Virus record (IMG/VR): IMGVR_UViG_3300034061_004620
Strand: one strand, 5' to 3'
DNA: 64,000 nt
Origin: a virus
Lineage: Duplodnaviria > Caudoviricetes
The position numbers and the translations under genes were made by a program. Below the pieces are notes generated by a model that was not told the origin of the DNA, ran no database searches, and worked only from the letters and a program-made list of their open reading frames with translations. The number at the start of each line of letters is the position of its first letter. Positions within the stretch are counted from its first letter, which is position 1. Below are positions 1 through 10,300 of the stretch, piece by piece.

Positions 1-82
1 AAACGGTGTTAAGTTGGTTTGACCCGTTTATAAAGTTGTTATAGTCTGCTGCTTCAATCAGACCTGACTGTGCGTATGCCAT
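1..82 (-). CDS. N-terminal fragment of a virion structural protein, truncated by the window edge (MAYAQSGLIEAADYNNFINGSNQLNTV...)
   Basis: ATG at 82-80 on minus, open to position 1; follows the 96-1745 gene in the same operon; not in the ORF track. Confidence 0.7.
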   Translation of the reverse strand, partial: MAYAQSGLIEAADYNNFINGSNQLNTV

Positions 83-95
83 GTTTTAATTCCTA

Positions 96-1745
96 TTAAC
101 TATTTAACTTAACGATAGCCTCAATAGTTCCTTCGGCTGCATCAAATTTATCTTCTAAACTCCTGCCAATTACGTTAAATGCTGAAATTTCATTCTTTGC
201 ACCAGCACGAGCTAATCCGTTTCCTGCCGCAACCAGTCTGTCACCTTTTTTAACTTTTCCAATTACACGCACAGGCACTCTGCCATTTACTGCTACTGGA
301 GGATGACTGATATCATCTCCAGCTGCACCATTCATTAGATAAGCTGCTCTTGTGCTAATAACACCAAACACGTCTTCACTTAATTCTTCGTCTGCTGCTG
401 TAATTTCTTTAACACCGCCAAGTGCAACTACAGTCCCGGCTGGATAAGGTTGGTCACTGCTGAATCTTTCTGCTAAGTCAGCGTATTTAGCTTGCACCGA
501 AACTCCATAGAAAGTATTAAACCACATACCAGTACTTCCAAGATTTACTGTGGTATTGGATGTAGGTAAAATTGTGTCTGAAACATAAACTGTAGCAAGA
601 TTAGCTCTGGTAGTGTTAACATTAGCAGCAAAAACATTACCAATCAAACTTGATTGTAAGAAAATGTTGCTCCATCTGTTGGTTGTATTACCAAGCGTGT
701 AAAAAACATTCGAAGTAGGATTGATATTGGCTGCAAACGTACTTGTACCAACACCACCGCCCAGGATAGTATCAACATAATCCTTGGTAGTTAAAGTAAA
801 ACCGTTTGACGATGCTGTAGGGCTGGCTGTGGCTTCTGGCAAACCTGATATAGCATTGCCTTTAAGAAAGTTTGTTTGTGCTCCTGCTTTTTTTATACTT
901 AAATGAAAATCTTTGTTATTAGTTACATTCCTAAGTGTAACTTCACCACTTGTAACCAAGGCTTCAAAATCACTTGCAACACCAACCTTAATTCCGGTGT
1001 CATTGGTAACTGTCAAGGCGCCATTCAACGTACCGCTGACGTCGTTTCTTAAAAACGAACTACCTGGCACACTTGGGAATCCAACACTAACATAAAGGTT
1101 ATTGGCCACGTCTGCAGTGCCCTGGAACGCTTGGTTGGTAATATTAGTTGCCAAATTTAGTCCGGTCTTGACAGTTGCAAATCCGGTCACTGCTGTAGAA
1201 AAAGTTGGCTCTTTGCTCCAAATACCTACCAAAATGTTATCAATATAAAATTTTAATACTACATAGGTAGCAGATGGGCTGGTTGCAACAATAGTGTCTG
1301 GCACTGCACCAGTATTACCAGTTGCGCTGGTAGTTAAAGGACCTACTGCGGTCCATGTGGTTCCGTTGTAAACTTTTAACTGTACATTAGAGGTATCCCA
1401 CCATTGTTCGCCCACAATTGGATTGTTAGGCTGACTTGACCCGGAAGTCATTGTTGCCATAGTTTTCCATGCACTTGCTGCTGTACCTTTAGTAGCTGAT
1501 GTGTTTACTTTCAAATACTTACCGGCAGTATCCCACCATAGTTGTCCTGGCAACGGCGCAGTTGGAGCTGCACCATTTGCAAAGTTTTCAACTAAACGAA
1601 TCATGTTTTCGTTTAGGAAAGTACCATATCCTGGGTAATTTTTACCAACAAGGGTTAAACTTGAGCTAACTTGATCAATGGTGCCATCAGGTAGTCCTCC
1701 TGTAATTAATTGCCCACCATTTGATAATGTAATATTGTATGCCAT
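96..1745 (-). CDS. Baseplate/tail-fibre-like virion protein with C-terminal intramolecular-chaperone (autocleaving peptidase G2/S74-like) domain
   Basis: N-terminal anchor motif LTLVGKNY.GYG..LNENMIRLVENFA...P..P..GQLWWDT; C-terminal YADLAERF..D..YPAGTVV.LGG...GRVPVRVIG..KKGDRLV motif typical of fibre chaperone domains. Confidence 0.7.
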   Translation of the reverse strand: MAYNITLSNGGQLITGGLPDGTIDQVSSSLTLVGKNYPGYGTFLNENMIRLVENFANGAAPTAPLPGQLWWDTAGKYLKVNTSATKGTAASAWKTMATMTSGSSQPNNPIVGEQWWDTSNVQLKVYNGTTWTAVGPLTTSATGNTGAVPDTIVATSPSATYVVLKFYIDNILVGIWSKEPTFSTAVTGFATVKTGLNLATNITNQAFQGTADVANNLYVSVGFPSVPGSSFLRNDVSGTLNGALTVTNDTGIKVGVASDFEALVTSGEVTLRNVTNNKDFHLSIKKAGAQTNFLKGNAISGLPEATASPTASSNGFTLTTKDYVDTILGGGVGTSTFAANINPTSNVFYTLGNTTNRWSNIFLQSSLIGNVFAANVNTTRANLATVYVSDTILPTSNTTVNLGSTGMWFNTFYGVSVQAKYADLAERFSSDQPYPAGTVVALGGVKEITAADEELSEDVFGVISTRAAYLMNGAAGDDISHPPVAVNGRVPVRVIGKVKKGDRLVAAGNGLARAGAKNEISAFNVIGRSLEDKFDAAEGTIEAIVKLNS

Positions 1746-1766
1746 TTAAGTATTCTCCGACTCTGT

Positions 1767-1772
1767 TATTTA
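1767..1772 (-). promoter_or_regulatory. Late promoter box (CA)TAAATA upstream of 96-1745
   Basis: TATTTA on plus; resembles the T4 late consensus TATAAATA; a gp55-like gene is in the window. Confidence 0.6.
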
Positions 1773-1780
1773 TGACGTTT

Positions 1781-2185
1781 TTATAAGCGAAATTCTTGTT
1801 CTAATGTGTCCAGCATAGTGAAGATACCCTCAATTGCAGACGCTTTATCGTTATTCTTCAAGGATACAACTATACCCTTGACAAAATCATTGTAGTTTTT
1901 GACCCAAAAAGATCGATCGTAAACAAATTTAGCATGCTTAACTAATTTTTCCGATCTTACGTAGTATTCTATGATCTTTTCTTCACGCGAATCCGACCTT
2001 AGATTTTGCAGCAGAAGCACATCGTTATCATCATGTGGATCATCATTTAGTAAAATACTGTTGTAAATCAAACAGTTGTCAATTCTGCTCAACATGGTTG
2101 TCCTGCAATGATCACTATCTCCGTTTGCGTCACAAACCGGACAAGATTCTCTGTTACGTAGATATTCTTCTAAACTTATTCCCAT
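1781..2185 (-). CDS. Hypothetical protein resembling a CFI-box-CTERM-like helical domain
   Basis: NCLI..DD.DVLLLQNLR....EKIIEYY....LV........W...Y.DFV..IV..LK pattern; N-terminal CPVC. Confidence 0.5.
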   Translation of the reverse strand: MGISLEEYLRNRESCPVCDANGDSDHCRTTMLSRIDNCLIYNSILLNDDPHDDNDVLLLQNLRSDSREEKIIEYYVRSEKLVKHAKFVYDRSFWVKNYNDFVKGIVVSLKNNDKASAIEGIFTMLDTLEQEFRL

Positions 2186-2188
2186 TTT

Positions 2189-5100
2189 TTATTTTCCCAA
2201 AAGTTTTCCAACTTTTCTAACAATTTTGTCTACAGTAGATATACCAGTTACTGCACCTAACAGCACTGTGGTAGTACCCCAAATCAATGCTGTTTTTGCC
2301 CACATAGGAAGTTGTTTGCCTCGTCCAAATTTTGAAATAGTTCTGCAGAGTGGTAATCCTATGTTCATTACAAATCTTCCGGCTGGATTTGATTTTGTAT
2401 AGCCGTCGGCATTCATCCTGTAGGCCATTTCTTCGGCCCATGGTCGAGCTATTACATCTAAATAATGTGCAACAATTTTTGTTTGTAAGTCTTTGCGTTT
2501 CTGTTCGTCCCTTATCCAAGGAAACACTATTTTTCTAAAGGTTGAGCTGCCACCACCTTCTAATAAATCAACAACTGGACCTGCCCAACGCAAATATCCA
2601 TTGTAGGCATCAGGATCTTGGTCCCGTAACATTATACCGAACGCTTGATCGGCTTTGTTCATGGCATGGTCAAAATATCCCAATTCTGCCAACTTTTGAC
2701 AAATGATCTTACATCCGCCGCCACCAGAGCCGCCAGGACCTGGAGGTAATCCGGTTCTTTGTAATTTACCGTAATTGCCAAATTCTTGTTGAAATCTCAA
2801 GGTGGTAAGATTGCCAGCAGAATTGGTAGTTCTCCATTGACCGTTAATTTTAACAAAAATTTCATCAACATATCTCCAATCACCTGCCACTTTGACTGCT
2901 GCTTCGCTTATTGACCGCCAATTTCCATTAACTTTTATTGTAGACAGTCCAGTAGGATAGATTTCAAGCGCCACAGCACCATTTGCACCTTCGCTACCTT
3001 GTTTACCACCTTTGGCAAAAGGTGATGCATAATATCTTAAGTTACTACCTGGGGGATCTGTTCCTACATTATCACGGGTGTCCCAATAAACCTTGTCAGC
3101 TGAATCACTTATACTTACAGCAAAACCTTTGTTTAGAGGCGAATTATATAAATTAAATTTAATTTGTTTTACACCTTTTCCAAAGTTTAAACTGATAGGT
3201 GTAGGAGTAGCTGTGCTATTTTGTGTTACTGTTGTTATTAGAACATCGTCAATGTAAACTTCTAAGGTGCCGGTTGCAGCCGCTCGTAGTTTGTATTCTC
3301 CAGAATACACTGTTTCGAATTGTCTTGTAACAGTTCCTGCACCTTGTCCCGCATCAGTAAACCACATGCCGTAGTCATTGAGAAATCGACTCCAACTTGC
3401 ATTGCTAACCGGAGATAGTTCGCCATCTGACCCTACTCGTTGATCCTGTCTCCATCTGACAAGCACTGCACCAGCTGTCCCTTCGCCACCAATTGAAGAT
3501 TGTAATTGTTGTGGCCTGGTTTGATCATCGGGATTGGCTGCAAACACGTTAGGTTTAGCTGCGCCGGCACCTGCACTTCCGCATCCTAAACTTGATCCTC
3601 TGTTGGTCTGAGTAACTGCATTTTGTCCCAGTGTCTGTCCGGCACCAGGGCCTCCACCAGCAGTGCCTGTTGTATTTGTTGATGTTGGTGTTGCTCCTGA
3701 AGCGCCAGTACTTGATGATCCTCCGGATCCTAATAAAGTTGTTACAGTCCCGCCTAATCCACTATGTGTAATATTGCCCGCTTGACCGCCTTGTAATTTT
3801 AACAGATATGTGTCTGTTACTGTATCTCTAATAGAGGTAAAGCCGCCCGCAACAGCCGGTATAAGAGTCAAATTAGCATCAGTAATAGTTCCTGCTGTGT
3901 ATGGCGTTAACTGTGTAACACCTCCTTGTCCACCAGCACCAATGCAAATTTCATAAAGTCTACCAGGTACTACAGAAATGGTTCTATTAGTTGCAATTGC
4001 TCCTTGCCCACCACCAGCACCTCCTTGTGTTAAATTTCCGCTTCCGCCGCCTCCTCCGCCGCCGGTTGCAGAAACTAAAGTGATTGAGGTTACACCACTT
4101 GGTGCAACAAAGCTTACATTACCGGCGGTATGTTTAAACAATTGATTAAATGGGTAGTTACCTCCCGATTGCCCACCAAAAGTGCTGGAATCACCTCCGC
4201 GAACAGTTCCGCCTGCGCCGCCGCCCCAGCCACCGCCGCCTCCACCACCGCCGCCTCCGTCTCCGGTTACACCTTGTCCGCGCTGACCTGCTGTGATATT
4301 ATAATTTGGATGATTTGAATTATCTACATTTTGTAATTCTAAGGCGGAGACCCCAGCATAAATCTGTGCAATATCTGGATATGCTGTCGCTCCGTTTCTG
4401 ATTTTGTACAAAGTTGCATTGTTACCATCATTTCCTGCGCCGCCGCCGCCGGCTCCACCGCCGGCGACTGCAACCACATTACCATTGACTATAATCAGCG
4501 AAGCTCCGCCTCCGCCTCCGCCTCCACCCGATGATCCGCCTGGGCCTGCAGGGTGTCCGTCGGCGCCACTGAAACTTGGAAAGCCAGGCAAATTTAACCT
4601 ACTTGCACCTCCAATACCGCCGGCAGCACTTCCTGCACTGCTACTACCTCCAGTTCCGCCATCGCCTACTACTACTTCGATCTGATCCCCGACCTTGACA
4701 CTGAATTGTGTTTTGTGAAATTGACCAGGGGCTCCAAGGCCGCCAAGACTGCCTGCATCGTTACCGCCACCACCACCGCCAGCACCCCAGAGGTAGGCCA
4801 CTATATCGGCATTGATAGGAGATGTAAGACTGTATCTACCGCAGGTTTGTGTGTATTCTGATACCACTGCTGTGCTTCTTGTATCCCAAACAACATTACT
4901 TTCTGCATCAGTTATATTCATAGCAAAGCCAGCTGGTCCACCGGCTTGTGCTACCTCCATCCTAATTTGATTTATACCTTGAGCTAAAGTTATTTTTGTA
5001 GGTACCGGAAGCGTTGCAAAATTTGTGGTCACATGACCCCAGTAACCCCAATAATAACCACCATAACCGTACCAGGGCCAATACCAGCCGCCATACCATC

Positions 5101-5512
5101 CATTATAGTATGGACCCACTGCACCAAAACCATCAGTCCAGCCATTTGGATAGTAAGTTCCGTTATAATAATTTCGATTATAGTAAGGACCGTACCACCC
5201 ACCCCACCACCACCAATGATGGTATTCCAAAGTTTGCGTAGTACCGCCTACTTTGAGATCGTTAATAAAAACTTCACCTAAATTATCTGCACTTGAATTT
5301 ACAAAGTAATCGCCTGTGTAGGGAGCGTCAAAAATTCTATATATTGTAAATTTTTGCCTTGTTCCGGAGGTAGTTGGCCAAACTGCATATTGATTAAGAA
5401 ATGTATTCCATCTTGAATCAGTTCTTGGATACAGGACAGCTGGACTTTGCACTGGATTCCCGCTGGGTCCAGAAATTCCAAATATATTTACAATTGGTTG
5501 TCTTTCTGCCAT
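2189..5512 (-). CDS. Glycine-rich virion/fibre protein with two PA14-like beta-domains, poly-Gly tracts, a Trp/Tyr-rich insert and a C-terminal KIIC domain
   Basis: 1107-aa ORF; duplicated SW..FLN.YAVW/YGMW...F...Y.G.Y...A.AD..L.V.I.D module; multiple GGGGGG tracts; located in the structural operon. Confidence 0.7.
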   Translation of the reverse strand: MAERQPIVNIFGISGPSGNPVQSPAVLYPRTDSRWNTFLNQYAVWPTTSGTRQKFTIYRIFDAPYTGDYFVNSSADNLGEVFINDLKVGGTTQTLEYHHWWWWGGWYGPYYNRNYYNGTYYPNGWTDGFGAVGPYYNGWYGGWYWPWYGYGGYYWGYWGHVTTNFATLPVPTKITLAQGINQIRMEVAQAGGPAGFAMNITDAESNVVWDTRSTAVVSEYTQTCGRYSLTSPINADIVAYLWGAGGGGGGNDAGSLGGLGAPGQFHKTQFSVKVGDQIEVVVGDGGTGGSSSAGSAAGGIGGASRLNLPGFPSFSGADGHPAGPGGSSGGGGGGGGASLIIVNGNVVAVAGGGAGGGGAGNDGNNATLYKIRNGATAYPDIAQIYAGVSALELQNVDNSNHPNYNITAGQRGQGVTGDGGGGGGGGGGWGGGAGGTVRGGDSSTFGGQSGGNYPFNQLFKHTAGNVSFVAPSGVTSITLVSATGGGGGGGSGNLTQGGAGGGQGAIATNRTISVVPGRLYEICIGAGGQGGVTQLTPYTAGTITDANLTLIPAVAGGFTSIRDTVTDTYLLKLQGGQAGNITHSGLGGTVTTLLGSGGSSSTGASGATPTSTNTTGTAGGGPGAGQTLGQNAVTQTNRGSSLGCGSAGAGAAKPNVFAANPDDQTRPQQLQSSIGGEGTAGAVLVRWRQDQRVGSDGELSPVSNASWSRFLNDYGMWFTDAGQGAGTVTRQFETVYSGEYKLRAAATGTLEVYIDDVLITTVTQNSTATPTPISLNFGKGVKQIKFNLYNSPLNKGFAVSISDSADKVYWDTRDNVGTDPPGSNLRYYASPFAKGGKQGSEGANGAVALEIYPTGLSTIKVNGNWRSISEAAVKVAGDWRYVDEIFVKINGQWRTTNSAGNLTTLRFQQEFGNYGKLQRTGLPPGPGGSGGGGCKIICQKLAELGYFDHAMNKADQAFGIMLRDQDPDAYNGYLRWAGPVVDLLEGGGSSTFRKIVFPWIRDEQKRKDLQTKIVAHYLDVIARPWAEEMAYRMNADGYTKSNPAGRFVMNIGLPLCRTISKFGRGKQLPMWAKTALIWGTTTVLLGAVTGISTVDKIVRKVGKLLGK

Positions 5513-5514
5513 AA

Positions 5515-6624
5515 TTAGGTATACTTAAACCAGATATCTCCGTCATTACCAAGTGTGTTGACTGGATCAGCGGTACTAACAAATTTTCTACTTCCGTCCC
5601 AGAACACTGATCTGGTCATAACATATTGTGTAGTGGCAACTTGAGTGTTGTTTGCCCCAAATGTAGGAGTAGGAGCGACTACATTTCCTGTGAATGTTGG
5701 GCTGTCTTTGTCGGCTTTAAGATTTATATTTGCCACTAATGCAGCGGATTGAGCCAAGTTGACTGAATTGATTTTGTCATTTAATGAAATTATATTAGCA
5801 TTGGCTGATGATACGTTTGCATTTAGCACTGTCACATTTGCCAACATGGCATTTTCTACTGCCACTGTTTGTGCCTGAGCGGCTGCAATATTTCCAGCAA
5901 GTGTGTCAACATTTCCTGTAATTGCAACATATGTGTCAAGATTTATTTGATCTACTCTATTGTTAGTTGCCCTTAGAGATATTTGCACATTTGCCGCGGT
6001 TAAATTTGCTCGAAGTTGATTTTCTTCGCTAATTCTTTGCACCAAATTGGCATTAATGACCGCTACATTCGATGATATAGCAGAAGTCGCGTAAAATCGT
6101 AAATTTTGTATTTCGCTATCTACATAAACTTTTGTAGGAATTCCAAAATTACTTGTTGCATTAGCCAACACTGTAATTAAACCACTACTGCCATTGATGT
6201 TTAATACATTTGTACTAACACCGTTTACGTTGGCAAATAAGCTTATGTTACCATTGTTGTACTGATTGTTTATAACTACATTACCAGTTAAATCTTTTAT
6301 CTGAAAATCGTTTGGCCCTATATTGAGATTGCCTGTTAGATCTACATTGCCTACTATTTCGCTGCCAACTGTGATCCATTGGTCCCCAGTATATACTTTA
6401 ATATTGTTTACATTAGTATCATACCATAACTGACCTGTAGTGGGAAACGGTGGACTGTTGTCAAAAGCAAAATTTTCTAACAAGCGTACAAAGTTTTCGT
6501 TGGTTTGGTCGCCGTAATTTTGCACTAATCTTCCGAACAGGGTCAAGCTTGTGCTGGTAGTATCTTTGGTTCCATCTAATACAACAATAGTTGTACCATC
6601 TGTTTTTGTTACAAAATATGACAT
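5515..6624 (-). CDS. Tail-fibre-like protein (anchor domain, coiled coil, fibre repeat)
   Basis: N-terminus paralogous to 96-1745 (LTLFGR...YGDQTNENFVRLLENFA...P..GQLWYDT); Ala/Asn/Val heptads; KADKDSPTFTGNVVAPTP...NNTQVATTQYV fibre repeat. Confidence 0.7.
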   Translation of the reverse strand: MSYFVTKTDGTTIVVLDGTKDTTSTSLTLFGRLVQNYGDQTNENFVRLLENFAFDNSPPFPTTGQLWYDTNVNNIKVYTGDQWITVGSEIVGNVDLTGNLNIGPNDFQIKDLTGNVVINNQYNNGNISLFANVNGVSTNVLNINGSSGLITVLANATSNFGIPTKVYVDSEIQNLRFYATSAISSNVAVINANLVQRISEENQLRANLTAANVQISLRATNNRVDQINLDTYVAITGNVDTLAGNIAAAQAQTVAVENAMLANVTVLNANVSSANANIISLNDKINSVNLAQSAALVANINLKADKDSPTFTGNVVAPTPTFGANNTQVATTQYVMTRSVFWDGSRKFVSTADPVNTLGNDGDIWFKYT

Positions 6625-6628
6625 AGTG

Positions 6629-7330
6629 TTATCCTAAACTACTTAAATTGGTTAAAGTTTGAATTCTAACAGTGTAATCAATCTGTATTAATCTATTTAG
6701 ACTTTTTTGTACAGGATGGAAAACCACGTGTGTTAACAATTTGCCTGTTGTGGTCAAACCAGAGGTCCCATCCAGGCTGCGTGCTTTCAATCCTAACTCA
6801 TCAAATGTATAAGTATCATCTAATCGTGTAGAATTGTCAAATGCGCTTTGTCCTGTAGGTTCTCCATAGTCCAACAAACAACTAATTACTAAATCAGAAT
6901 AAATTCTTCCAGGTACATGACGCACTTCAATTTTGTTTCGTGTTGGATCTGTATTAAGTGCGCTGGTATTGTCTACAATTTTTGCAAAGGTAGGATTGTA
7001 CAAATTACTATTGCTGGTATTAACATTTGATGGCAAATAGTTGATTACTCCAGTAGGATCAATGCTGGTACCACCATTACCAAAATGCATTTCATAGATA
7101 TAACTTTGCCCTTTGTTTGCAAGAGTATAAGCTATTGCTTCGCTTATGTTTTCGTAATGAATAGCGTTACGTTTGTTTACATATACTTCGCCAGATTCTG
7201 GATCAAAAATTTTGATGTGCCCTTGCACATGCACTCCATTTGTTTCGTCAGGTTTTTTATTGGTTTCCATAAATTCATTCTCAGTAACGTCTGTGTTATC
7301 CATTTTAGTATTTAGCTGTGGTATTATCAT
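6629..7330 (-). CDS. Conserved virion/baseplate-associated protein
   Basis: 233-aa ORF; GHIKIFDPESGEV.V.KRNAIH and FDELGL...LLTHVVFHPVQKSLNR.IQIDYTVRIQ motifs; overlaps the stop of the giant gene. Confidence 0.65.
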   Translation of the reverse strand: MIIPQLNTKMDNTDVTENEFMETNKKPDETNGVHVQGHIKIFDPESGEVYVNKRNAIHYENISEAIAYTLANKGQSYIYEMHFGNGGTSIDPTGVINYLPSNVNTSNSNLYNPTFAKIVDNTSALNTDPTRNKIEVRHVPGRIYSDLVISCLLDYGEPTGQSAFDNSTRLDDTYTFDELGLKARSLDGTSGLTTTGKLLTHVVFHPVQKSLNRLIQIDYTVRIQTLTNLSSLG

Positions 7331-10300
7331 GGTGTATAACTTGGTTCCTCTCTAATAAACTGAGCAGCGAGCGCGGTGCTGCCCTCTAATCCCACTCCAG
7401 TGTTAAGTGGTATCCATAGATTGCTTTGAGTAATTGTTTCATTTACCAAAGTAACATTACCATTTGCATCTACCTGCCCTAAGATTTCCATGGCTCTAAC
7501 ATTGGCTACAGTGCCAAGATACGTGTTGTTTAACTGATTAAAAATAGTTAGCACATTTGAGCCAATAGTTAAATTACCCGTCACAAAATGCACTGCAACT
7601 GTGTTTGAAGAAACCACATTGCCGAGCAATCTTACATTGGCTGTGTTACCAGATTGTACAAGATAATTTCCAATATTTGCTGTGATTGGGCTACCTAATG
7701 TGATTCTCCAGGTCACGTTGGCTGTGGTATTGTAATTGCCAGTAACAGTGGCAAATTTTGGCGCCGAATCTGGTAACACTTGTACCAAGCTTGTGTCAAC
7801 AACTTTAGAGTTAGCTAAGTGCAAAGTTGCTGCACCTGTGCCATCAACTCCTCTACGCAGTTGAGAAAGAGTGTTTACAAAAACCTGTCTCACACTGCTG
7901 TTACTGATATATGACGTAGAGTTGGCATATACATTACCTAACACCAAATATGTGTTGCTGTTGTAAGCAATTAAACTGTCAATGCTGTAGAATGTGTTAG
8001 CAGTCCAAGAACTGGCTGCTGCTATTTTTGCACTATCATACTTTTGATAGTAATGGATCAATTCACCGTTAATAAATATTTCGCCTGGTATCCCTGAAGC
8101 TGCTCCAGGATCTGGCAGTACCGTTACATCGCCTACAAAAATATCATGATCAGCTACTCCCAAATTCGCGCTCAACATCGTGGTAGCATTGGCGCTGATT
8201 CTATAAAATTCAATGTTACCGCGCATGGGTTTGAATTCTCTAAATCCGTATGTAGCTGTGTTGGAGCTATTGTTAGTAAATGTTCTTATTTCTAATGCAT
8301 CATATATTCGTCCAGGAATCAATTCTTCTGGTGCGTGACTGTGATAGCCATCAACGTAGCTTCCGCCCACGATATTGATATCTTCAGGTCTGGTACCAAG
8401 CGCAGTGTCTTTGTAAAAACTTGCAATATTGGAATCTAATAGATTGTCAATAGTAAGATTGGTTATCTTGACATTGGCTGTGCCTCCTGTGATAATTTCT
8501 GATATACCAGCTGTACCAGCCACACCGTTGATTTGTATTGTGTTCGCCGACACTGTAAATCCTGTTACACTGTGTATGATTTGAATAACATTGGCATCAG
8601 CATAGTCATGTAAAATAAATGCGTTTGCAGTAGTGTTTGACTGTGTAATGTAGTCGCCTGCCTGAACATTCGTTACATTTGAACTTAATGTAATGGTGTA
8701 TATGGTTTCGATTGGAGGACCCGATAACATCATTTCTGTGTGATCAACACTAATAACCTTGAAATCGGCGTCGTTTTTAAAGTCAAAGTTGTATTGCCCT
8801 CTTATACGAATTGTATCATCTAATTCAAATCCGTTTTCAAGAAAATCTACGGCTTGTATATTGGCGCTGGTAATTTTCATTCCGGTATAATTAAATCCAA
8901 TAATGTTACTTGTGAAAGTAAAACTATTAGCATCAAATCTTTTTCCTTGAATTTCGTTGCCCGGAAATCCTACACCGAACATCAACTGTTCCAAGTCTTT
9001 ACCTGGTCTTCCAACTTCCGGGAAATAGTAGGCTGATATTCTATCAGCCGCATTTAATAATATATTTCCACTATCTACTTTGTTATATCTTGTAAAATCA
9101 AAAATTGATTGTGAACTTATATTAGCATTAGTTGCAAGGTATGCTTCATTGTTGTAATAAATGAGATTTCCACTGGTAATATAGACATTAGAGTCAATGG
9201 GAATAATACCATCAGAATTAAAATTGTACTGTCTAATTTCGTCTGTGCCGGAGTCTGACACATAAATTTTTGTACCATCATAACTTACAAACATGCCTGT
9301 AGGGGTGTTTGTTTCAAGGTTAAAACTGTTAGTAAATACGGCAGTTGAAACGTCCCAATTGGTGGTTAGATTGTATTCATTTATACTATCACTTTGTTGT
9401 CCAATAACATATAGTCGTGAACCATCTGTTTTAAATCTAATGGCAGTTGGAAAATTATCCTTTGGCGCTATTGACAATGATTTACCAGAATAGTTGGCAG
9501 TGGATATTTCCCACGGTACTGTCATTGTGTATTGATATACTGTATCATTTAGTGTGCCTAAAATATACAAATTCAGTCCATCTTGACTTAATTCTATTGC
9601 ACGAGGGCTTGATTCTTCACTGCTTATATCCAATGAAGACACAACCGATGCGGTATTAACCATCCAGGATGTGGCCAAACGATACTGATAAATTGAGTCA
9701 GTGTTTGTACCAATGGTGAACATTTCTGTTCCGTCATCCTTTATGAATAAGCCTTGTACATTTGTATCTTGTGGAGCTAAATTGGCTGCGCCAATATTTG
9801 CTGCTGTAGAAACATCCCATGGGATGTTTAAACTGTATTGATAAATCCTATCTGTACTATTTCCAACGATGTACATAGCTGTGCCGTCGCCTTTAAAAAA
9901 TACTTCAGTCACATCGTTGTCTTGTGAGGTTATCACGGTAGATTCTACATAACGTAATCTATCTAAATTCCATGCATTTGCTTTGTTACCATCAACCACT
10001 ATAGTTGATTGATATGCAGTATTGGGTTGCCATTCAACTATGTTACTTGAATAAGCTATCCTATCAAATTTTAAACTTGTTGAGATTCCGCGTACGGTAT
10101 TATAACTGCCGTCCTGATTATATTCATTATGCAGTAAAGGATATGCTGTGGCGCCTTCACCGACACCATTGATAAAAACTGTAGGTATGCTGGTGTACCC
10201 CGATCCAGAATTCGTGACAAAGATTCCTGTTAGTTGACCTGTAGTTGAATTTATAGTGGTAATAGCAGCAGCACCTGTTCCGCCGCCGCCAACTATTTCA

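Noticed and set aside
4200-4800. GC-rich CCG/CCA triplet runs as a possible foreign or regulatory element
   Set aside because: Fully explained by poly-glycine coding on the minus strand
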